Assembly (NCBI GenBank): GCA_964473825.1
Contig: CAYYQL010000002.1
Location: 192,001 to 256,000 of the forward strand
DNA: 64,000 nucleotides
Direction: 5' to 3'
Source of the DNA: an uncultured archaeon
GTDB lineage: Archaea; Asgardarchaeota; Thorarchaeia; Thorarchaeales; Thorarchaeaceae
A program made the position numbers and the translations under genes. Of the stretch, positions 17,882-27,496 are shown one piece after another; position 1 is the first letter of the stretch, and every line of letters starts with the position of its first letter. Under the pieces are notes generated by a model, which made no database searches, was not told the origin of the DNA, and saw nothing but the letters and a program-made list of their open reading frames with translations.

Positions 17882-19852
17882 GTGAATACAAGTATGGGAA
17901 ACCTAAGAATCCTTACCATATCGATGATCTTGATTGTAGTCGGGATGATATATTCGTCGCCCATGGAAGAGGCAGATGGGGGCATCCAAGTTGCCTATCG
18001 GGGAGAGTACACGAATCTAACAGCGCAACTGCTACAGAACGGTACATACGGCGACCCGGTGATAGGGGAGCCAATCGAATTCTATGAGGAAACAACAGAC
18101 ACTTTGTTGGGAATCAGTCTGACAGATTTCCAAGGCTACGCAACTCTTGAATGGCACGTTCCATTGAATCACACATTAGGGACAACACTTGTAAACGCAA
18201 CATACCGAGGTAATGAAACCATCTTTCTTGCTCCCTCCTGTCAATGGTTAGAAGTCACTATCTATATGCGCACTAAGTTGAAAGCCAGCGTATCTGATAC
18301 GCATCTAGCACCAGGTGACCTACTGTTCATCTCTGCAGAGTTACGAAATCAACAAAACGAAACATTAGGAAACGAAATACTGGAGTTACGTTATGGAAAC
18401 AACACAATGGCCACGACTTACACCAATTCCTCTGGTCTGGCTAGATTCCTAATTCATGTTAACAATTCTTGGGCGTATCTTGGCGAGAACACACTCACAA
18501 TCAATCATCCCCAGAATCCTGATACCTATACCTCACAATCCTGGGATCTCATAACAGTTACTGTCAATAAAGTGACATCTTGGATAGATTGTACCCATAA
18601 TCACCTAGAAACGCTATCTCTTGGGGATTCCTTGAATCTTCACATTAGACTCAATTCCACAGAAGGACATCTGATTCACAAGAATCTACGATTTTACTTG
18701 AATGGGGGTCTCTATACCAGTCTGCAAACAAACTCAACAGGTAACGCCGAACTACTCCTAATAATGGATGAATCATTCACCATTGGACCCCAACACTTGG
18801 AGGTACGTTTCGAGGGCACTGACAGATATACCTCATGCCAAGAAGTCATCAGCTTCGATATACTCACATCAGTACTTGTTTCAGTACAACAGCCCAATTT
18901 GCCAATTATTGCGATGAATACTACCTTGAAGATCCACGCGCATGACCTTTTCAGACGGCCGATTTCCAATGTTGTTGTCCAATTCTATGACAGAACAAGT
19001 AATTTGCAAATATCTATGAATTATGAGCCGCCATTTATCACCATCGAGTTTCCTGTTCTTCCACCCAAAGGTCCTCACGATATCCACATTAACTTCGCAG
19101 GAAATCCATACCTTTCCAATGGGTCCTTGAATTATACCATCTATTGCTGGTCTTGTCCTGACTTCAGTAGGTTAAACTATAGCATAGAGGGCTATGCTTT
19201 TCCTGGTCAGGAAATTATAGTGGAAGCTCAACTACGGGATTTTAACAGTTCTCTCTCTCGGCACCCCGTAGATTTGCTAGTAGATGGAGTGCACACACTA
19301 ACCACAAGAACAGACAGTGGTGGGGATTTCAAAGCCAGTCTTGCGGTTCCATTGCATCAAGGCGCCCACAATATGACTCTTATCTCCCATAGGATGGAGC
19401 CAAACTACATAGCAGAATCATTGGTTTCATACAGCTTCATAGTCACAAACAGAATCCCTGTAAGGGTTGTTCTGATTGAGCAGCATATCATCCCCCCTCT
19501 GAAGAGCATTGACGTTACATTAGAAGCCAAGGCGCTCAACGGCAGTTACCCCAATGGTCTGATTATTCAATATAGATGGTTAGATATCGTCCAGACGAGC
19601 CAGTCCGACCACTGGGGAATATTCCAATTACAGCTGCCGCTGCCTAGCCTCCCCGGGCTATATCATCTGACAATAGGCCTTCTACCGACATCCTATACTA
19701 GAGCTCTTAATGACTCGATTCTGATTAGTATTTCTGAAGACCAAATCCTTGCTGCCCAAGGAGTCGGAATTCCTATCTTAACTCTTAGTCTAACTAGCTC
19801 GTCGGTATTGGCCATGATACCCTTTCTAAGAAGAAAATACCTTATCGGATAA
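17882..19852 (+). CDS. Secreted Ig-like repeat cell-surface protein with a C-terminal membrane anchor
   Basis: N-terminal signal helix, repeated TD..G.A / TN.SG.A beta-sandwich motifs, many N-x-S/T sequons, and a hydrophobic C-terminal helix followed by RRK. Confidence 0.75.
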   Translation: MNTSMGNLRILTISMILIVVGMIYSSPMEEADGGIQVAYRGEYTNLTAQLLQNGTYGDPVIGEPIEFYEETTDTLLGISLTDFQGYATLEWHVPLNHTLGTTLVNATYRGNETIFLAPSCQWLEVTIYMRTKLKASVSDTHLAPGDLLFISAELRNQQNETLGNEILELRYGNNTMATTYTNSSGLARFLIHVNNSWAYLGENTLTINHPQNPDTYTSQSWDLITVTVNKVTSWIDCTHNHLETLSLGDSLNLHIRLNSTEGHLIHKNLRFYLNGGLYTSLQTNSTGNAELLLIMDESFTIGPQHLEVRFEGTDRYTSCQEVISFDILTSVLVSVQQPNLPIIAMNTTLKIHAHDLFRRPISNVVVQFYDRTSNLQISMNYEPPFITIEFPVLPPKGPHDIHINFAGNPYLSNGSLNYTIYCWSCPDFSRLNYSIEGYAFPGQEIIVEAQLRDFNSSLSRHPVDLLVDGVHTLTTRTDSGGDFKASLAVPLHQGAHNMTLISHRMEPNYIAESLVSYSFIVTNRIPVRVVLIEQHIIPPLKSIDVTLEAKALNGSYPNGLIIQYRWLDIVQTSQSDHWGIFQLQLPLPSLPGLYHLTIGLLPTSYTRALNDSILISISEDQILAAQGVGIPILTLSLTSSSVLAMIPFLRRKYLIG

Positions 19853-19856
19853 GAAT

Positions 19857-19965
19857 TGGTGCTCCGGCCGGGATTCGAACCCGGGTCGAGGGATCGAGAG
19901 TCCCTCATGCTGGGCCGGACTACACTCGGTTGATTCATGCACATTCATGAAACATCTACCGGAGC
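19857..19965 (-). tRNA. tRNA-Glu(CTC) with a 31-nt non-canonical intron at position 10/11 (19925-19955)
   Basis: Spliced sequence GCTCCGG TA GTGT AGTCCGGCCCA GCAT G AGGGA CTCTCGA TCCCT CGAC CCGGG TTCGAAT CCCGG CCGGAGC A CCA. The junctions form a BHB (CGGT/ACCG helix, bulges AG|A and AG|T). Confidence 0.9.
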
Positions 19966-20040
19966 TTTGGCAAGCCAGTTCGGAGCGATGTTTCACCACA
20001 TAGTATCCAAAATAAGGCTTTCCGTCCGAAAACAATCGGA

Positions 20041-20244
20041 TTACGGAAGAAGGTCTGTAAGTCCACTCCAACTGTCTTCCAATAGATGAAGTAATCCATT
20101 CACGACTTCTTGTGCCCACCCAGTGGCCTGCAATATCACCGCAATCACAATGGAAACAGTGACAACGGCGATACCAAGAAGCAGACTCTCTTCTACAAGA
20201 GGCCCGCCATTCTCATCAGAGAGCAATTTTCCCTTATCGCACAC
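20041..20244 (-). CDS. Flp/class III signal peptide pilin-like small protein
   Basis: LLSDENG|GPLVEE followed by a hydrophobic helix (LLLGIAVVTVSIVIAVIL). Lies downstream of a TadA-like ATPase. Confidence 0.65.
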   Translation of the reverse strand: MCDKGKLLSDENGGPLVEESLLLGIAVVTVSIVIAVILQATGWAQEVVNGLLHLLEDSWSGLTDLLP

Positions 20245-20315
20245 GGTCTTTTCACCCTGAACTCTCTTCTTCCCAGGGATATTTTAACTCCCCTAGAATC
20301 AAGACTCACTAGGTA

Positions 20316-22028
20316 TCAACAGGCACGACTTGATGATTCAAGGCAAGAAACTGTCTGTTCCTGCAGGTGCTCTGTGGCTTCATGTGGTTCCATGAATCTC
20401 ATTGTCCCTATCCTTGCAACTAGATTCTCGTACATGAAATTGAAATCCTCTAACCCATCTTCCTCGCATCGCAACCAAACCGCCCCATCCTTAATCATTC
20501 TGTTCGGAAGATCCGCATTGGAATCGTTAGAGTATAGTATGTTGAGTCCTCGAAATTCAATGCAACCATCCTTTCTTCCTCTCCTGACCTCAACAATCTC
20601 GCTCACGTATCTGCGAGAATCTCCCGGGTTCGGTCTTCTCATTGTTACAATAAGGTCGAGCATCGCAAGGCTAGTATTGACAATATGGTGATTCACCCGG
20701 AATCTCGAAATCAAAGATGATGCAGAATCACTATGACAGGTATTAGCACATCTCAGTCCGGCAGACAGAGCATGAAATAGCGCATGACTATGTTCTTTCG
20801 TTTGAATCTCTCCGAGGATGACATAATCTGGGGAGCGGTGTAGGGATTTGATTATCTCCCGAGTCTTATCGGAAACCCCTTCCATCTCATCAAGAGGATC
20901 CACTTGAATCCTAGTTTGATGCTGATTCGGATGAACCCGACTTTCGATAGCATCTTCAATATAGATCTTCCTCCATACTGAAGGTGTTATCTGGTCTAGA
21001 GCGTTTAGTAGGGTAGACTTACCTGTTCCTGGTCCTCCTGTAATAACAATATTCTGGCGTAGACGCAATGCAAGGATAAGGAGAGCTGCCCCCTCAGCCG
21101 AGATTGTTTCATTATGAATCAGATGAAACAACGTCATTATCTCCCTTCTTGCTCTTCTTATCTGCATCTGAAAACCATCGGGACACAGGGGCATAACAGC
21201 CATCGAAACCCGGAGGTTTGCATCTAAGAAGCCCACTCTACTCTTGAAAGAAGGGTTTCTCCTGTCGAGGTGGTGATTACTCTCCAGCCTAGCAAGTGTC
21301 ACCATCGGCTTGATTGCGCTTCTTGGAAAAACCCAATCTGATTTGCACCGTCCCAGACGAGCATGATCGAAATAGACTTGAGAACCCGGGCTGTCAATGA
21401 ATATCTCCTCAATTTCGTCGTCTAGTAATAATGGAATTATTGGAAATAGTACAGTTGAGCTATGACTTGCAATTTGGGAAATAGTATCTCTCGTCGGTAT
21501 GCTTATCTCTGGCAGTGATTCTTCCAGTTCTTCACACACTTTGTGTTGCAGATATCTAACTCTCTGCGTCAAAGATTCTGTACAACGCAACAGGCCTCTA
21601 GAGAACTCTGGGATCCTACTTGTCATCTTATCTAAGAGAACACTTTCAAGGTTAGACCTGAGTTTGGGAAGTGCAAAATAACACATCTCATTCTCACAAC
21701 CCGCCTGTGTGAATATTGATACGTAAGGTCCTATAATATAGGCATCAATGACCCCATCTGTTTCCAAATTCTTTCCCATAGTATTGTCTATCCAGACCTG
21801 CTCCCAATCTCCAGAACACCAAGGCGGATTTGGTGGGACCGCGTTGTAGTCGGTAGGAATATACATGAAACCCCTCTCTCTCTCCACAATGATGGGCGTC
21901 AGCTGTTCAGCGCTTTCCCTAGCAAAAGCTAGTACAGAACACTTACCATTTCGACTATTATGACAGTTATCGCATCTTTCCGGCGAACACATCACCAGAT
22001 TCACATATTGTTTCGTCATGCTAATCAA
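20316..22028 (-). CDS. Type II/IV secretion (TadA/CpaF/VirB11-like) ATPase with an N-terminal Cys cluster
   Basis: LLDDEIEEIFID, Walker A GGPGTGKSTLLNAL, Asp box IEDAIE, Walker B PDYVILGEI, His box TCHSDS and RRYVSEIVEV. Confidence 0.88.
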   Translation of the reverse strand: MISMTKQYVNLVMCSPERCDNCHNSRNGKCSVLAFARESAEQLTPIIVERERGFMYIPTDYNAVPPNPPWCSGDWEQVWIDNTMGKNLETDGVIDAYIIGPYVSIFTQAGCENEMCYFALPKLRSNLESVLLDKMTSRIPEFSRGLLRCTESLTQRVRYLQHKVCEELEESLPEISIPTRDTISQIASHSSTVLFPIIPLLLDDEIEEIFIDSPGSQVYFDHARLGRCKSDWVFPRSAIKPMVTLARLESNHHLDRRNPSFKSRVGFLDANLRVSMAVMPLCPDGFQMQIRRARREIMTLFHLIHNETISAEGAALLILALRLRQNIVITGGPGTGKSTLLNALDQITPSVWRKIYIEDAIESRVHPNQHQTRIQVDPLDEMEGVSDKTREIIKSLHRSPDYVILGEIQTKEHSHALFHALSAGLRCANTCHSDSASSLISRFRVNHHIVNTSLAMLDLIVTMRRPNPGDSRRYVSEIVEVRRGRKDGCIEFRGLNILYSNDSNADLPNRMIKDGAVWLRCEEDGLEDFNFMYENLVARIGTMRFMEPHEATEHLQEQTVSCLESSSRAC

Positions 22029-22160
22029 TCCGGATGAGATATCCTCTCACTTTGTACAATACTCATATCGTGTCCAAGCTCGAAATCAGGACACAATAAT
22101 GATAATGGGGTAGTTTCACATTGGTGTTGAATATATGCAATATAATCTCCAACCAATCAG

Positions 22161-23189
22161 CTAACTTCTTCCGATTATGGTCTTCATCATTCCATAATGG
22201 TCTCTAATACTGTATTCAGCGACTTCAGTCGCTCTAGATGCCAACTTCTGCGTTAACACTGAACGTTTGCCAAAATCACTGGCTACTAAACGGTCTCCTG
22301 CGTATGCAGCTGAAACTGTGAAAATGAATGGATTACGTCCTCCTCGTGCTGTGGCCGGAATTCTATCAATTACTTCTAACATCTTAAGTCGGAGTCTGCT
22401 TTCATAATCTCTCAAATCCCATCCTCTTGCTTCTATCTTTTTCACAATCTTGGTGTTATTCATCAACATGGAGATGACCCGCGGAACATAGTCTTCCGGT
22501 TGGCGAATTTTGGGTGCATACCCTGTCACCGACCGAAGCCTAAGTGCTTCTCTGACCATTGCCCGTACACTGACTCTATGACCACACTTGTCAAAAACAT
22601 CGGCAATTTCATCCAACGTAATTGGTGCCTCCTCTTTGAACTCTCGAACTGCCATCAGAAGACAGACTGCTATCAGAAGGATATTATTGGTTACTTCCAC
22701 TTCTTCTTCTGTTAGGACTTTTTTGTAGAGATAGGCAGTACGATCTCGAACTTGCTCACTTAGCATAAGAAGTTTGGATGCCCGATTCAATGTTCTTAAT
22801 GCTCGATATTTTGCCTCATCTTTGCCAATCCTGATTCTGGTACTATAGACTGTTTTCAGTCGCTTGAACTTTCTCTGATTTCGACCCGACAATGGATGGC
22901 CGGCAACATCACGAAAGTATCTATCTCTATGAAAGCCAATGTAGCTCCCTAAACCATCTACAATATGCATCCTGTTCCCTAAGGAAACATACATTGTAGC
23001 ATCTGGTGTTTCTGCTCCACTTTCCTCTCCCATTTGGTAAGTTGGATACACATATTCTCGAGAAATCACCAATCCACAACTCGTACAAACAACATGCCCA
23101 CGATTTACCAGTAGAGGTCCATTACAGTCAGGACACGAATTCATCGTATTTCTGTGTTCATTGTTTGATCTATTCGCCAAAGACCACAC
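22161..23189 (-). CDS. tfb: Divergent transcription factor IIB (TFB) paralogue
   Basis: Zn ribbon CPDC..CTSCGLVI and two cyclin-like repeats with GRNP and TQ..ASRA.EV.E.SIRD.Y motifs. Confidence 0.75.
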   Translation of the reverse strand: MWSLANRSNNEHRNTMNSCPDCNGPLLVNRGHVVCTSCGLVISREYVYPTYQMGEESGAETPDATMYVSLGNRMHIVDGLGSYIGFHRDRYFRDVAGHPLSGRNQRKFKRLKTVYSTRIRIGKDEAKYRALRTLNRASKLLMLSEQVRDRTAYLYKKVLTEEEVEVTNNILLIAVCLLMAVREFKEEAPITLDEIADVFDKCGHRVSVRAMVREALRLRSVTGYAPKIRQPEDYVPRVISMLMNNTKIVKKIEARGWDLRDYESRLRLKMLEVIDRIPATARGGRNPFIFTVSAAYAGDRLVASDFGKRSVLTQKLASRATEVAEYSIRDHYGMMKTIIGRS

Positions 23190-23367
23190 CCAGTGTTCCT
23201 AGTAGCCCTATTACCTAACATTCTTTCAGAAGGCGAGTTTCCTACTATCAGGCTGAACTGTCTACTGGATAGGACTAGCTAGTTGATTGAAGGGGCATGA
23301 TAATACCACCCTGAATGAGGGTTAACCGAAAGTAATGTGTGTTTCTTCCACCTGACTGACGAATCTG

Positions 23368-23733
23368 CTAGAAGATTGCTATGTAAATCCGATTCCCAGT
23401 GAAGATTCGTTTCTTTGCTGCAGTGACCTTTTCCATTTCTAGTACTAATCTGAGTCCACCAAAAGTTCCTACAGCCTGTATCCCTTCTTCTAGTCTTGCC
23501 TTAAACACATTACCTTCAGCATAGAATTTCGCTTCATCTCCATTGGAGATTGGGCTATCATCAATAACAATATCAAGATTCTCTTTTGCATCAAACTGAT
23601 TTGCCAAGGCTTCTGGGACTTCTAAGGTCATCTCTAATCCCTCACTCTTCTCGGTAATACTTAGCATCATCAGGCCTTTGGTCTCGGTTTCTTCAATCGA
23701 GTCCAATTTGCTCCCTTTAATTCGAATAGCCAT
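23368..23733 (-). CDS. rpo8: DNA-directed RNA polymerase subunit Rpo8 (RpoG/Rpb8-like)
   Basis: OB-fold size (121 aa), with G.VFK and FGGL (Rpb8 SFGGL motif) and a C-terminal IYIAI. Confidence 0.7.
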   Translation of the reverse strand: MAIRIKGSKLDSIEETETKGLMMLSITEKSEGLEMTLEVPEALANQFDAKENLDIVIDDSPISNGDEAKFYAEGNVFKARLEEGIQAVGTFGGLRLVLEMEKVTAAKKRIFTGNRIYIAIF

Positions 23734-23853
23734 GGGTCTTTCAATTCTCCTCTAAGAGGTCTATCATTCTCGACTTGGAAGGATGAATTAAACCTGTCGT
23801 TGTCCTGGTGTGACTTTTTTAGGCATAGGTTTCACAGATTCTTGGTGAACTAG

Positions 23854-26469
23854 GTGAATCATCACACCAAAGCAAGCACGATAATCCCTGTGGCCCTCAT
23901 TCTATGTCTAATCGTGCCCGTCGACGCCTACTACTTCCAGTTCCAGTATTTTGAAACCGACCGAGCCGTCTATGAGGTCGGACAAACAATCAACATGGTT
24001 GCAAAACTCATAGCAGAATTCAGTGACGAAGGATGGTGTTTTGTTTCATTTGGAGTCGTAACAGACGTAGGCCCAATTTTTCAAGATGGGTACTACATTG
24101 AGTCTTCGTTAGACCCACAGTTCACAACAAGCTATTACACTATCCTCCCCAACGAAACGTACCCTGGTCTAAGCGGTACTATAGCCCACGTGATTTTCAA
24201 TGCAGAGATCTACGATGGATACTCTCAGAGCATTACCGAAACAATAGAAGTAAACATAACACGCGGCCATCTCTCTGTCCTCCCTCTAAGCGAACTGGAA
24301 CTCCCACATGGAATAGACTCAAACATCTCGCTGAAGATAGCAAGTACTCACAATGAGGACGTGGTTCTCCAAGAGCAAGTTCTCTCCTACCAAGTCAATG
24401 GCATAGACTCTTCATATACGGTCGAGGGTAATGAGAGCATCAATTCTCAAGGAATCGCTACTATACCTTTGAATTCTTCCAGCATCAATCCCGGGCACTA
24501 TGATCTGACTGTAAGCACAGAGGGAACAGACTCGTTTCTTCCTCTGGTGGACACACTTCCTATATACATCACCCCTCCCAACTCATCTTTATTGGTAAGG
24601 TCTAGTCCTGATGAAATTCATTGCCCAGACCATGAAGGAGTCGACATAGGAAGTGTTAACCTCCTTGTCGATCACCTCGGAGAAGATGGCGAAAGAATCA
24701 AGAACAGCACCATATCGTGGGAAACGGTCTTTTCACAGTCTAACTTCACGAATCACTTCAATGGAACTTATAGTGCTTCAGTGCAGTTTCCAGTTTCTCC
24801 CGGAAACTACACCATTCTCATCATTGCCAAGAATGAAATATATGCTTCAGTCAACATAACCAAGACAATATTGGTAACCAAACGTACGCCAGCAATTACT
24901 GTATCCTTTCCCAGTGGCTTGATAGCAGGCAACGAAACTTCATTACAACTGACTCTTACGGATTCACTCTTAGAAAGCCCTATACCAAGTCTTGAATTCA
25001 ATGTCACCATTTCCCTTAGTGACCAAGTCCTTTACAACAATGCTACCTCAGTTAATACAGATGGTTCCTTCAAAGCAGAATTCGAGATCTCTTCCGATTT
25101 ATGGGGTTTGGCAGACATTCGCGTTGAAACTTACGAAAATGAGAATTATACTGGTATGATTCTAATAGATACTCAAAGTGTCGAATTCGTACCAGAAGTT
25201 TGCTGGGTTCAAAACACGCCTTCTAACATTGGTCAGAACACAAGCATGTCAGTTACACTACTCAAGCCCGATGGCCAGAGTCTAGTAGGAATCACTGTTT
25301 CGCTATTTGATTCCTATGCGCAATTGATAGGCTCTACGCACACCGATGCAAATGGCACCGGTGAGTTTGTCTGGACCGTTCCAAGTGATCTTCCTTCTGG
25401 TTCTTATGAATACACAATTGTTACCACAGAAATGCCTTCTCAATTCGCTTTGGCAACCTTTCTGGCATTTCAGCTGTCACATTATGATCTATTGTCGGTG
25501 AGCCTTCAAGGAGAGGACTTTGACTGTCTGCGAGGAGAAAACTTCACACTGAATTTCCGGGTTGACTCCAATTGGAACGAAACTCAAAACCTACTATTGC
25601 AGCTTTCGTTTTCCACACTAATAACAATCAATCAGACTATCAAATCTGATACAGTATACTCTATTCAGATTCCGGTTCCAGCCGACTCTTCCCTTGGAAC
25701 GCATTCACTTACTATTGGCACACTAAATAATACATGCGTCCTCTCAGGGTCAGTCTTAGTTGACATCAACATCTTGGGGCGCATCATAGTGGCCATTGAA
25801 TCGGCTGAGGCCTTTTACGCCGAGAATCTTTCCATGACTCTCTCACTAATGGACGAATTCGGTCTTTCGGTTGACGAGTTCTCCATCACTGTATTCCTAG
25901 ACGGGCGGTTCGTAGATGTGATTCACAGATCGAATCAAACAATAGAAGCCATTGCAATATCTAATGCATTTTCCCCGGGAATTCACAATCTGACCGTAAC
26001 GATAAATGGAACATACTACAAATCAGCTGAGGATGAGGCTTTTCTGACAATCTGGATGAGAACGTCACTTTCTCTAGCCCTCAACCGAAACCAATTCAAC
26101 TTCTCCTGCAGTCAGGGCGATGAAATGACCTCAATCATTTCTTCTGGTTCTATCATCAGCCCCCCGCCAATCTTGTTTAATGGGACCACTTCTACACAAT
26201 CTCCAACCACTCGTTCTATCTCCCGGGATAATTGCCCCAAACTGAGTTCTGGAACCAATAATCGCTCAACTGATTCAGAGAAGGCTTTTACTTCTCTATC
26301 GGGGAACGGCCAGACGGTTCTAAGCCTCAGCGACTTCATTGACAGCATGGATGAGGCCGTAAACATGACTTCTTCGACTGTTCGAGAGGTGCAACCATAC
26401 GATACAATTCCCCATTCTGCCTTTTCAGGTCCTTTGATGATTGTATCAGTAAGAAGGCTTCGCCTCTGA
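23854..26469 (+). CDS. Large secreted Ig-like repeat surface protein; the last ~119 codons overlap korA antisense
   Basis: Signal peptide, ETDRAVYEVGQ, repeated PG.Y.L/I and TD.NG motifs, and many sequons. Confidence 0.7.
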   Translation: MNHHTKASTIIPVALILCLIVPVDAYYFQFQYFETDRAVYEVGQTINMVAKLIAEFSDEGWCFVSFGVVTDVGPIFQDGYYIESSLDPQFTTSYYTILPNETYPGLSGTIAHVIFNAEIYDGYSQSITETIEVNITRGHLSVLPLSELELPHGIDSNISLKIASTHNEDVVLQEQVLSYQVNGIDSSYTVEGNESINSQGIATIPLNSSSINPGHYDLTVSTEGTDSFLPLVDTLPIYITPPNSSLLVRSSPDEIHCPDHEGVDIGSVNLLVDHLGEDGERIKNSTISWETVFSQSNFTNHFNGTYSASVQFPVSPGNYTILIIAKNEIYASVNITKTILVTKRTPAITVSFPSGLIAGNETSLQLTLTDSLLESPIPSLEFNVTISLSDQVLYNNATSVNTDGSFKAEFEISSDLWGLADIRVETYENENYTGMILIDTQSVEFVPEVCWVQNTPSNIGQNTSMSVTLLKPDGQSLVGITVSLFDSYAQLIGSTHTDANGTGEFVWTVPSDLPSGSYEYTIVTTEMPSQFALATFLAFQLSHYDLLSVSLQGEDFDCLRGENFTLNFRVDSNWNETQNLLLQLSFSTLITINQTIKSDTVYSIQIPVPADSSLGTHSLTIGTLNNTCVLSGSVLVDINILGRIIVAIESAEAFYAENLSMTLSLMDEFGLSVDEFSITVFLDGRFVDVIHRSNQTIEAIAISNAFSPGIHNLTVTINGTYYKSAEDEAFLTIWMRTSLSLALNRNQFNFSCSQGDEMTSIISSGSIISPPPILFNGTTSTQSPTTRSISRDNCPKLSSGTNNRSTDSEKAFTSLSGNGQTVLSLSDFIDSMDEAVNMTSSTVREVQPYDTIPHSAFSGPLMIVSVRRLRL

Positions 26470-27245
26470 AGGATTTTATCGCGAAGTCTTTCAACTAATC
26501 TACGATGGACCTCGGAATCCGAAGTCTTTCTGTAGCCTCTCTCATCGTGCGTGGAACCTGTTACCAAGAGATTATGCCCATCACCAAAACGCGGCATTAT
26601 CGCATGTCCGTTGCCATCAATCTCTCCATACGGCTTCTTGCCCTTTCTGGCGAATCTTCTCTTTATAGAATAGTCTGTGCCCGAGTCTATGACTACTCTC
26701 TCACGGGAGTGACCTACTACTTCATCAGAAAGCAGTATGACCGGATGCCGAAAACACTCTGACAAAACAAAGGCCCTTCTAGTGAGTTCGAACGCTTCTT
26801 GTGCCGAATTAGGCGACAGTACTATGCTCTCATGATCTCCGTGAGTTCCCCATCTCGACTGCAGAAAATCTCCCTGTGCACATTTGGTAGCCTGACCGGT
26901 ACTCGGACCCACTCTCTGCACATCAACTACCACACAGGGTGTTTCGGTCATGACTGCATATCCTATGTTTTCTTGCATAAGGCTAAAACCAGGCCCCGAC
27001 GTGGCAGTCATGGCGAGATGTCCGCCCCACGAAGCGCCCACTACAGCTGATATCGCTCCGATTTCATCTTCCATCTGAAGATATCTCCCATTCATCTCCG
27101 GCAGTTTCTCTGCCATGATTTCGGCTATCTCAGATGCAGGGGTAATTGGATATCCTGCAAAGAACCTACACCCGGCCGCCAGTGCACCTTCTGCGCATGC
27201 CTGATTCCCTTGCCAGAAATGGACATGCGTTGTTCTATTAGACAA
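26112..27245 (-). CDS. korA: 2-oxoacid:ferredoxin oxidoreductase alpha subunit
   Basis: GNQACAEGA, FFAGYPITPASEI, QMEDEI, TATSGPGFSLMQE and QRVGPSTG motifs. Confidence 0.92.
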   Translation of the reverse strand: MSNRTTHVHFWQGNQACAEGALAAGCRFFAGYPITPASEIAEIMAEKLPEMNGRYLQMEDEIGAISAVVGASWGGHLAMTATSGPGFSLMQENIGYAVMTETPCVVVDVQRVGPSTGQATKCAQGDFLQSRWGTHGDHESIVLSPNSAQEAFELTRRAFVLSECFRHPVILLSDEVVGHSRERVVIDSGTDYSIKRRFARKGKKPYGEIDGNGHAIMPRFGDGHNLLVTGSTHDERGYRKTSDSEVHRRLVERLRDKILQRRSLLTDTIIKGPEKAEWGIVSYGCTSRTVEEVMFTASSMLSMKSLRLRTVWPFPDREVKAFSESVERLLVPELSLGQLSREIERVVGDCVEVVPLNKIGGGLMIEPEEMIEVISSP

Positions 27246-27495
27246 TCTTAAGACACTCAGTACTCTCGCCAGCTTGCCGAATAAAATAAGCCTTCAGTTT
27301 GGGCAACAGCTTCTCCGATAGTCTTTTATCGAAATCACCTGATTTTCCCTTCAGGCGGCCGTGGTCTAGTTTGGTTAGGACGGAAGCTTCCCAAGCTTCC
27401 AACCCGTGACGGTCGTATGACCGCGGGACTTCAAATCCCGGCGGCCGCACCATATCTTTGGTCATGTTTAAGAACCCATTTCCAGAATAGGCCAT
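27238..27495 (-). CDS. Small hypothetical protein, translationally coupled to korA
   Basis: 85-aa ORF whose stop overlaps the korA start. No recognisable motif. Confidence 0.45.
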   Translation of the reverse strand: MAYSGNGFLNMTKDMVRPPGFEVPRSYDRHGLEAWEASVLTKLDHGRLKGKSGDFDKRLSEKLLPKLKAYFIRQAGESTECLKIV

Positions 27496-27496
27496 T

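Noticed and set aside
20110-20691. Longer antisense ORFs (for example 20110-20691, 59280-59885, 60716-61201, 62697-63155)
   Set aside because: They lie opposite well-supported genes, show typical antisense composition and have no recognisable motifs.
13837-22028. Integrated conjugative element at tRNA-Glu
   Set aside because: No integrase or relaxase, no duplicated tRNA 3' end (att site) seen, and the tRNA lies inside the locus rather than at its edge.
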